Positions 1 through 9,911 of a stretch of DNA of 64,000 nucleotides are shown one piece after another. The notes beneath the pieces are model-generated. The model was not told where the DNA came from. It saw only the letters and a list, made by a program, of their open reading frames with translations, and ran no database searches. The stretch is from Lama guanicoe (taxonomy: Eukaryota), in NCBI GenBank assembly GCA_013239625.1, contig MU056050.1, positions 7,234,773 to 7,298,772 on the forward strand, read 5' to 3'. The translations under genes were made by a program, and so were the position numbers. How positions within the stretch are numbered: position 1 is the stretch's first letter; each line of letters opens with the position of its first letter.

Positions 1-469
1 GCTGCCTCCGTGCAGCCGCCCCCGTCCTCCGCCCGGCTTGTGCAGCCTGGCCCTGCCCGCCGCTGCCGGCCCGCGTCTCAGGCTGGGTGTCGGGGGGACG
101 CTCTGTGCCCGTTTAACTTAGTTCTGTCCGACAAGGGCTGCTCTGTGCAGATCCGAGCCTCGGAGGCTCCCCCTCCGTCCCGCTGGCCTCTCAATTGGAG
201 AGGGGAGACCCAGCGAGCGAGCGCCAGTCCTCCTTTGCCGCTCCCTCCCCGCGGGACCCGTCCCGCGCTGCTTTGCCTTTTGTTCTTTCTTTTTTCCTTT
301 TCTCCTACCAGATTTTTGGCGTCTTTATCTTTTGAAGAGGGCGATGATCTGTCGGAGTTCCGCAGGTGCTCTGGTTGGCTGAGTGGGTCTGTAGATGTGG
401 GTCTTGGTGTATTTGTGGGAGAGGGTGACTTACAAGTGTCCTTCTACTCCGCCATCTTGCCTGGCTCTC
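1..469 (-). mobile_element. 5' end (5'UTR/internal promoter) of a young LINE-1; the element continues beyond the left edge of the window
   Basis: Minus strand starts GAGAGCCAGGCAAGATGGCGGAGTAGAAGG, a typical L1 5' terminus with the YY1 motif AAGATGGC (451-458). GC/CpG-rich sequence switches abruptly to AT-rich flank at 470. The flank reads TT|AAAAAATCCATTT on the minus strand, an L1 endonuclease site with a predicted TSD at 470-482. Confidence 0.85.
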
Positions 470-3400
470 AAATGGATTTTTTAATAATTAATGCTACAGG
501 TAATCACTATCTCAACTAATCCTCTCCTTTTTTTTAATTCCTTTTATCAGGAAAAATAATAATTTCTATATCAAGTTAAAGGAATATAAATAAAAGTCCC
601 TATTTTAAAAAGTAAGGTATTCAGTGTTATCACTGATAGTTGAGAAGTAATGGAAAAATAGAAGAACTAGAAAATAGAAATACTAACATAGCACCCCTCA
701 TGTGCTGCAGGGACATTACTTAAAATAGAAGAAAATAATGACTTGCTTGAGAAAAATGAACTTTAAAGGGCTGTGTCAAGAGAGAGATTTGCTATGTCTT
801 ATTCAAACTCACTGCACAGAGAACAATAAAGGAATTGGTCATTTCTAAGAATTCATTCTACCTCAGGAGTCTGGATTTCAGTTATCAAAGAGCTGTTACT
901 GGAAAGGTGATCATAATGAGATTTGACACTGGCAAGTTCAACTATTGTACAACTTACTTCATCAGGAAAAGTCAGAGCTCTCCTAGTTGCGTAACAAAAA
1001 TATAGACTGTCAGAAGGTATAAGCCGAGACCAACTCTCAATTCACAATGTCGTCTAACTCTGGGAAAGTTATTGTGTTTCTTAGAAGAGTAAACTGTGTT
1101 CCTTCTAGGGAAATGTCCCAGGGCAGGAAGATCTAAATGATAGCTAAGACATGTCCTGTAGCTGCTTAGCATCCACAAAGCATTTTTCTGCTTCCAGCTC
1201 TGCAAGAAAGCGTAATCTCTTGTTAGAAGTATAAAATGTTCAACAACTAAGTGATACAGCTTATCTAGAGGTCTTTCACGTCTTCAAAAAAATCCCTAGA
1301 AAAATAACAGACCCATGGGCAAATTTTACCTCAATGCCTCAAAATACTTGAGGAAGAAGAGTTACCAGTTCCTTTAGCTGATAATGAAATGAGGGTAAGA
1401 AAAACTAAAGAGAAGCTTGCTCTAAGTTATTCAGTCAGACAAGCCAAGTGGCAGAGCTTTGAGCTCTCTAATCACTAGACAATTCTTCTTAGCTACAAAG
1501 AAACTAAGGCCCATATCATTACTTTTCTATAAATACCAATACTAAGTCACACAAATGGGAGGGAAGGCCAAGAGAACAACAGACATTATAGGGGTACCAT
1601 ATTACAGTAAACTTAGGAAGAGCATTCAGTAAATGACACTACTCTTAAGTAAAGCAAGTGAGATTTTAATGCTTTGAAAACCTTGCCATTAAAGCACTTA
1701 ATATCTAAGATGCCTATTTTCTATATTCTCTGGTGGATCATAAAAGCTCTGCTTTGGGAATCAAACCCTAACAAATACCCTCAGAGTGAAGGGCTAAAAG
1801 GTAACATTTACCTAAGGAAGGCACTCTATCTAGCTTGTACAGAGGAGCAGGCAGCAAAAGGACTCTGAACCACCAAAGTGCAGGCAGCAGGAGAAATAGC
1901 TGCCTCCCAGATTTGCCCCTTTTCCCATCCTGACAGTTGGATCCAGTGCTGGAACCAAAATAGTGGCAATGGCATGCAAAAATGTTTTCCAGACATGTTC
2001 ATTTGTAAATCTCTACCTGAAATTAACTGGCTCACATCACTGATAAAGTACATTGAAAAAGGTAAGCTAGCCCTCCTAAGGTTTCCATACCACTCTGTCA
2101 CCCACAGTAGACCTGTGATATTTTTCATTTGAACAGTGACCTGTTAGTAATTCCTGAAAACGCATAATACTGGCTTTGAGTCTGTTCTAGCGGTAACTTT
2201 TTCTGAAGCTTAGAACTTCACATGCTGCTCCATAATGGAGGACAAAGCATTTTCAACATAGAGTAAAACTGAAACCCTAGACAGAGGAAAATGCATGAAA
2301 AGAATCATCTTTGTACCAGCGGACATTTTTGATTTATCATAAAGTAAGCAAATCATAAATCATGACACATTAATTATCTAACTATATAGTTTCCAAAAAT
2401 TTATGTGGACTTAAATTTATCTTACTCATGTTTTATGATAGGAACATGAGTATAAGAAAAGCAAAGTTTTTTATGAATTGTGTAATAAAATTGTACTTAC
2501 CCAGACTTTAAATATTAACAGGATACTTGGTGAGGAAGAGGTCAGATCAAGGAATGGAAAGGAGCAGAGGGTAGGGAGATAGCTTCTACACTAACGTAGA
2601 AATTTGATTCTGAGATACCATTCAAGCTAATGAAGCAAAGCACAAACACAGGCTCTTAATCAACGTCTACTGTATGCCACATAATGGAAATACAAATTAG
2701 GTTGATCCAAATTGTGTTAGTATGTGTTTTGATGGCTGAAAGCCAACAGCTAGGGTTAGTGCAAATGGGTCCTAAAACAAGGGTATGCAGATGATGCAAA
2801 CATCTATCTGTGAACAGTTCTTCAGAGTTTGGAATGATAGGCCTGGAAATCTAGAGAGAAAGTTATTTTAGCAATCACAGTATTTCATTTTATGAAAATG
2901 TTGGTATATAACCATGTCCCTTTCCTCTAGCTTAATGGTATAAAATCTCACATTAGGGATAATGCAAGGGAGAATCTTCTAGTGCCTACTGCTATGGCTC
3001 TAGTTTCTACGTATCATCCAAGGTGTAACTTGTAATCTAGGCCAAGGTCTTAGTAAGAGAAACACACAAGTTTTAAATAAGTCTGTAGAAAAAGAGTTCC
3101 CACAGCACACAGAACTGTCAGTAAAGTCAATATAGATGCAAACTTTTAGTAAAGGGAGGGACTTCAGCCTTCTCTTATTTTATTACCCTTTCCAGTTGTA
3201 TCAACAGGAGCCTCACACACATATAGATCAGGAAAGTAAACCAATAAAAAAGACTCATTAGCAAATTGGTCTGCCTGGCATATGCTACCACTGTGAGTGC
3301 CTAAGCTCCCTGAAAGGTGGGGACTTTTCCTTCTTACTCCATAACTTCTCTCTCACCAGAATAAGATGGTGTTGGATGGTTGTAGGAGGATGACAGCGAG

Positions 3401-4949
3401 ACAAGGAACAGGTTCTTTGTGACATGAGGATGTCACCAGCTGGCTTATACCCTGAGGCAACTGGTAGAAAAGGTTCAATATCAAACACTTCTACCTTGAT
3501 GAAACCCCTAACTTAAGAGTTGTAGCTCTGATGCCTAGATCAAGGAAAAGCCAGTTGTGTGAATTAGGTCACTGAGATGTCTGATTCTCAGTGAGGTGCT
3601 AGGAGGCAGTCTCAGTTTAAGAGGAAAGTTTTGTCACTTTCTACAGGATACCTCCTTTTAGTCCTCAGAGTTGCCTGTCATCAAGCAAAAGTACGATGAT
3701 GTAAAAAAAATTTGTTTTTGAAAAAGCCATGCTTTAAAGAGGAACCAATATAAAGTAGAAGAAATCATTTAGGTTTAGGAAATACAATATCAGAGGAAGG
3801 TTATGAGCTATTTTCCATTCTCAGTAGCTTTACTTATAAAGGTTGAGGTATTCAGGGTAGAACTTCACTTAGTCCAATCCAACAGGCAGGAAGCATTTTT
3901 CTAAGTTTCTACAAAGTCTACAAGGCACATCACAAGACACGTAGCAAGTCATGCTGGTCTTGTGCTTTAGCCTCATCATTCTGCCCAGGAAGCTCTGCTA
4001 CAATATTGGGTGATAGGGTGTATAGCACTCATGTCTCCACAGGCCCAGAGACATGTCCAGCTCACTGGCATAGCTATCTTTACTGAGGAGGCAATGAAAC
4101 TCAAGTAAATAACCACCAGATAGGTAGGCTTGATATAACTACAGAGAGCCTTGATGAATAATATTAATGGAGAATATTCTCTTGCAAAGTCATTTCTGAA
4201 ACGCCTGTGGCCTAGACAAGTCAGTGTTCCAATCAGAGGCTCCCCTCCTCCTATGAAAAAGGCAATTTTGTACTGGCAGGGCTTTCTATTATGGGAGGTG
4301 GGGTTGGGACAGTTCAGACAGCCTCTCCCACTCCCTAAAAGGGATACATGTGTACATGTATTGGAGGAAAGGTAGAGACTAATACTGCTTTTTTGCAATT
4401 GGAAGTCATACTGAGCGTTTTTCTCTTAACTTTTATTCTGAATTATTCAAGCTAAACTAAAGATTTCAGAAATTTTAAATTTAGGCTGCTAAACTCCACT
4501 CCTCCCTTTGCTCCCTAAGGGCAAAGACCATCTCATCCTGCATTGCCTGTCATAATACCTGAGACAGAGAATGTGCTCAGTAAACGTCTGAATTGAAATG
4601 TTGACTTTTGTTTATTGGGCTCAACAACGTGAGGTAGCCCTAGCATTTGTGAATCATTTTGTGCTACAGTAAGATAATACCTCCCTTTTTGGATCCTAAT
4701 TCTTTCTTTTTTTTTTTTAGCAATTAAAAACATTACTGCCTTTTTATGACTCTACCCATCCATTGGGCTGATATCTTCAGGGATTTCTCCCCAGTTAACT
4801 CCCAGATCCCTTTGCCGAGCCAGAACTGATGGCTCAGAGACTTATCAGTTTATGTGAACAGGGGCTGGCTTATTTTCCTCTAAATGCTTTTTATGCTTTT
4901 CAAATTGTTACCACACTATCTATGTCACGTGTTCTCATGAAGGACAGAA

Positions 4950-5400
4950 GGAATAGATTATTATCTTCATTTTACAGGTTATGGAACTGACGTTCACAAA
5001 GATTAAATGACTCACTCATTTATAAAAGCAGTTTGTACCAGAGCTCAGAGTGAGAAGAGTTTCCAGTCCTGAACTGACCACTTACTAGCTGTGTAATTTT
5101 GTGTACATCACTTAATATTTCTGTGTCTCAGTTTCGTTACATGTGTAACACGGACATTATACCTACTTATTATTCCTTATGGAGTTGTTAATGATAAACT
5201 GAAGTAATACTATTTATCATTTATATAGCATTTACATTTTCAAATGGTCTACATATCTCTCGTCTCATTTAATCCAGGTGAAGAAATAGAGATTAGAAAG
5301 GCTGACTAACTTGCTCAAAGTTATGCAGCTACACACTGTCAGAGCTGAGATTTGGATTTATGTTGACACCAAGTCCAGGGTTCTTTCCACTACACTGCAG
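4950..5400. repeat. Cluster of MIR fragments in both orientations
   Basis: MIR core motifs: cattttacaggttatggaactga, ccacttactagctgtgt...tctcagtttc, aacttgctcaaagttatgcagct. Confidence 0.65.
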
Positions 5401-5602
5401 CTATTGGGAGGCTCATGTAGGTGAAATAACCTATGTGAAAATGTTTTGTAATAATATGTAAATGCCTTACAAATGCTATTTAAATGTTGAGGAATACGAC
5501 AACCTGGGTTGATAAATATAACGACACTGCTACCAGACTGGCAAAGTGAAACTCAGAAACGAAGTTGAAAAATTTGCTGCATATATAGATTGAAAGTGTC
5601 AG

Positions 5603-7108
5603 ACAATACTATAGAGCTACAGTCATCAAGACAGCATGGTATTGGTACCAAAACAGACATATAGACCAATGGAACAGAATAGAGAGCCCAGAAATGAACC
5701 CACAAACCTTTGGTCAACTCATCTTCGACAAAGGAGGCAAGAATATACAATGGAATAAAGACAGTCTCTTCAGCAAATGGTGTTGGGAAAACTGGACAGC
5801 AGCATGTAAAACAATGAAGCTAGAACACACCCTTACACCATATACAAAAATCAACTCAAAATGGATTAAAGACTTAAACATAAGACAAGATACAATAAAC
5901 CTCCTAGAGGAAAACATAGGCAAAACATTATCTGACATACATCTCAAAAATTTTCTCCTAGAAGAAATAAAAGCAAGAATAAACAAATGGGACCTAATGA
6001 AACTTACAAGCTTCTGCAGAGCAAAGGAAACCAGAAATAAAACAAGAAGAAAACCTACGGAATGGGAGAAAATTTTTGCAAGTGAAACCGACAAAGGCTT
6101 GATCTCCAAAATATATAAGCAGCTCATACGACTCAATAAGAAAAAAATAAACAACCCAATCCAAAAATGGGCAGAAGACCTAAACAAGCAATTCTCCAAG
6201 GAAGACATACAAATGATCAATAGGCACATGAAAAAATGCTCAATATCACTAATTATCAGAGAAATGCAAATCAAAACTACAATGAGGTATCACCTCACAC
6301 CAGTTAGAATGGCCATCATTCAAAAATCCACAAATGACAAATGCTGGAGAGGCTGTGGAGAAAGGGGAACCCTCCTACACTGCTGGTGGGAATGCAGTTT
6401 GGTGCAGCCACTATGGAAAACAGTGTGGAGATTCCTCAAAAGACTAGGAATAGACTTACCATATGACCCAGGAATCCCACTCCTGGGCTTGTATCCAGAA
6501 GGAACCCTACTTCAGGATGACACCTGCACCCCAATGTTCATAGCAGCACTATTTACAATAGCCAAAACATGGAAACAGCCTAAATGTCCATCGACAGATG
6601 AGACTGGATAAAGAAGAAGTGGTATATTTATACAATGGAATACTACTCAGCCATAAAAACTGACAACATAACGCCATTTGCAGCAACATGGATGCTCCTG
6701 GAGAATGTCATTCTAAGTGAAGTAAGCCAGAAAGAGAAAGAAAAATACCAAATGAGATCGCTCATATGTGGAATCTAAAAAACAAAAACAAACAAACAAA
6801 CAAACAAACAAACAAGCATAAACACAAAACAGAAACAGACCCATAGACACAGAATAGAGACTTGTGGTTGCCAGGGGGGCGGAGGGTGGGAAGGGATAGA
6901 CTGGGATTTCAAAATTGTAGAACAGATAAACAAGATTATACTGTACAGCACAGGGAAATATACACAAAATCTTATGGTAGCTCACAGAGAAAAAATGTGA
7001 CAATGAATTTGTGTATGTCCATGTATAACTGAAAAATTGTGCTGAACACTGGAATTTGACACAACAGTGTAAAATGATTATAATTCAATAAAAAATGTTA
7101 AAAAAAGA
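5603..7108 (+). mobile_element. 5'-truncated young LINE-1 (ORF2p C-terminal region, 3'UTR, short A tail), antisense to ENOX2
   Basis: Translation matches the L1 ORF2p C-terminus, including the CCHC knuckle [18 protein letters not shown]. Perfect 11-bp TSD GAAAGTGTCAG at 5592-5602 and 7109-7119, preceded by TT. AATAAA at 7087-7092. One 2-nt frameshift near 6601; the native stop is TAA 6776-6778. Confidence 0.97.
6779..6815 (+). repeat. (AAAC)n microsatellite in the L1 3'UTR
   Basis: aacaaaaacaaacaaacaaacaaacaaacaaacaa read directly. Confidence 0.9.
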
Positions 7109-7823
7109 GAAAGTGTCAGGGCTAGCTGGGTAAGGAAACTACCCAAAGGAACAGAAGAACTTGAGGCATCTGTTACAGCATTCCAAAGGCAGATCACTGT
7201 AAACAAACCTCCTATTTTGTTTAATCTTGGATTCGGAATCACAACCTAATCTCATCAGATATATTCGAATGTTATGCTAAAAATGTCATTTGAGCACAAG
7301 CAGAAAGGTGTGTGTCAATCTTATTTTGAAATCAGAGTCCTCTGTTACCTTTAAAGCCACCACCTATAAAGATGGCTTGAGCAGGTTTGATAAAAGAAGC
7401 TCAGAAATTTCAATGCTCTAATGTAACACCAGGCAGCTTTCAGCCTCAACTGTCAAGATGTTCTAATAAATGTAAGACAGCCCTAATATTACTAAGACTA
7501 ACACACAGGTCAGTAATTATTGTTGTCCCCAAGAAGCTAGTTTAGAGAAGTAAACTCGTAATTATCGCAGCTACATTTTCACTACTAAGATTTCCATCCA
7601 GCAGAATGTGTTCAAGACAACACGTGCACATTTATTACCCTTTTGGCAGCAGGTGGTCTGGACACAGTGCCAGGTTATAGAACATGTCTTAGTGTTTCAT
7701 TAGGGCCTTGTTGTGGCCATGGGGAACTTGGCACTATTTAATTCTTGCTAAACTCCAAATCAATAACTTGTTAAAGAAAGAAACTGTCCCCCCGAGGGGC
7801 TACCAGGGTAAAAAGTTACCAAC

Positions 7824-7930
7824 CTCAGCTTGTTTGCACCAAACGCTGATGTTTTTACGCTGGGCTTTTGTGAAGTGGTCCCATGCCTTTTGTTTGGAGG
7901 CAGAATGGTACACAGCTACTATCTGCTCAA
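7824..7930 (-). CDS. ENOX2: ENOX2 coding exon (107 bp, phase 1 to 0): FEQIVAVYHSASKQKAWDHFTKAQRKNISVWCKQAE
   Basis: Not in the ORF track; found by reading the minus strand. Acceptor ctgcag|TTGAG, donor GAG|gttggt. In frame with the 9699-9911 exon; peptide matches ENOX2 as recalled. Confidence 0.96.
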
Positions 7931-8724
7931 CTGCAGCGTCAGAACAGCAATTGAATCAGCCAGAGATTCATCCAGTGATGGCAAAAAAAGAGGAGAAAAG
8001 AAATAAGAGAAGTGTCAGGCTTGTTGTGTCTCCTTCTATGACACTATTAGACTATGGCTGTGCTCAGAAAAGGCTGTGTTGGGGTACCATGATTTTAAAC
8101 GGGACTCAAAGGCAGAGATATCAATATACAGAAAGAAAAGGGAAGTCCGGAAGGTTTGGGGTGAAATGGTGACCAAAGTTTTAATACAGGCACTCTGTAT
8201 TCATTCAGGCAGGAGAGGCAGGTGTCATGGTGAATATGAGTTAGTACTACTGACCCTGCACAGCATGACAGCAAGTGGCGAACTGTACCAGCTCCTTTTG
8301 ACCACTGGTGTCTTTCATAGACTAGCCTTACGGAATGAGCCAGGATGCTTCACGTCAACAGAATTGTCCTTTTACTATTCTGAGGTATGTTTAACCAGAA
8401 AGCATCAAATCAAAACCTAAGATGGATGAGATCTATTTTAAGTCTACCTAGATAGGCTCGGTGACTGGAGAAATACAAGTGTATTTCTGGGTGTTCATGG
8501 TAAGAAAATTCAAAAGTGTTATTTCTTTATTTACAGCCCCATTTGTCCCCTGTCTACTAATGATTTAAGGATTTATATTCCCAGGATTTTTGCTACTCTC
8601 TTTTTCTATTTATTCTGAAGTCCTAAAAACATATGCTTTCTCCTCCTGGATTCTACGCCCATAGAAACTTTCAAAATAAATATGGAAAAATGAAATAACT
8701 CCTCCTTAATCCCAATTACGTATT

Positions 8725-8768
8725 AGTCAAGTATGGGAAGTCAAGTATGGGAAGTCAAATGTGGGAAG
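8725..8768 (+). repeat. 14-bp tandem repeat, 3 copies (AGTCAAGTATGGGA)
   Basis: Units at 8725-8738 and 8739-8752 are identical; 8753-8766 has 2 mismatches. Confidence 0.9.
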
Positions 8769-9210
8769 AGTGGGCCATAATTGTTTAAAAGCAAAATCAT
8801 AAAACTGTACCCTTATTCTTAATGTGAATACAGTTTCTTTCTCAAAAGATAAGAGGACATAGTTTTACAATGTGGTGAACTAAAACCATTATTTGAGCAT
8901 TTTCATAATCTGTCTCATTTAAGAGACCTTGGATAGGTTTGGAGTGGTACTACTCTTTGAAAATGGCCACTTCAGTGGCTTCCCATTCCATACCAGTGTC
9001 TATGGACATCCAGAAAAGGAAATGTGGAAGAAAGAAAAACAAAAACAAAAGGTATAAGTAGCAACTTTAGCCTTTACTCAATTACCTTGGGAAATAGAAT
9101 CACATTTCTCACTAAAATGGAGTACCTAAAAAGCATATTATGCAATAATAATGATTCAAATCTGAAGCAAAGAAGCTTAGGCATCCTGATGCTACATACT
9201 TAAAAAAAGT

Positions 9211-9335
9211 TTTAGAGGAGGTAATTAGGTTTCTTTATTTATTTTATTTCTATTTTTAATGGAGGTACTGGGGATTGAATGCAGGACCTTGTGTTTGCTA
9301 AGCATGCATTCTACCACTGAGCTATACTCTCCCCC
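9211..9335 (-). mobile_element. tRNA-derived SINE, camelid Vic-1-like
   Basis: Minus strand: GGGGGAGAGTATAGCTCAGTGGTAGAATGCATGCTTAGC...GTCCTGCATTCAATCCCCAGTACCTCC, an A-rich linker, then AAACCTAATTACCTCC. A-box intact, B-box degenerate. Structure matches my recollection of the camelid SINE. Confidence 0.85.
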
Positions 9336-9698
9336 AACCCCGGCCCTGTTGTACATTCTAACTTCAGCACTGTATCTTGAATTTTCCACTGAGGCTGGGG
9401 GTTGCTCATAACTTACTTTCAGAACAAGCAAAAGTAAAAGCACAAGATAGTGGTCTAAGTGGCAGTGTTGGTAAGGAGCTGAAGTAGATATACCAGAGAA
9501 AATGAACATAGGAGGTGCCCACATGAGCCATGAAAATGGAACTCGGGCATTTGGCAATATTAGAGCACAAGGCAGTGATGAAGAGGGCATTGCTCCTTGA
9601 CACAGGATGGGTCTGGAGGCCTGGCTCTTGTGTAGAGACAGTGGTGACTAAGTGAAGTGCCCTCTCACCCTTACAGCAGAACTGTGACTTCCACTCAC

Positions 9699-9911
9699 AT
9701 TGAATGAGAATTCCAGAAAGAGCCTGCTTGAACTTCTCCTTTGCTTCTTCCATGTCTTTCTCGTGAGCAGCTTTCTCATTCACCAGGCGGCGGACGTGGC
9801 TGTTGGCTGACTGGATCATGGAGTAGAAGTTGTTGGCGCTGCGACGGTTCACCTCTCCTCGTTCAATCCAGGTGAGCAAGGTCTGTACAGCTTCTGAGAA
9901 TTTGGAATCAT
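9699..9911 (-). CDS. ENOX2: ENOX2 coding exon (213 bp, phase 1-1): DDSKFSEAVQTLLTWIERGEVNRRSANNFYSMIQSANSHVRRLVNEKAAHEKDMEEAKEKFKQALSGILIQ
   Basis: Core of ORF 9406..10071. Acceptor ttttttaaag|AT, donor CAAT|gtgagt. Confidence 0.98.

Noticed and set aside
1..469. CpG-island promoter of a host gene
   Set aside because: The minus-strand AAGATGGC terminus, sharp boundary and TT|AAAA target site indicate an L1 5'UTR.
5714..6274. 186-aa hydrophobic minus-strand ORF
   Set aside because: Antisense shadow of A-rich L1 ORF2, a common artefact.
9262..9335. Functional tRNA gene
   Set aside because: B-box is mutated (ATTCAATCC) and a SINE linker and tail follow.
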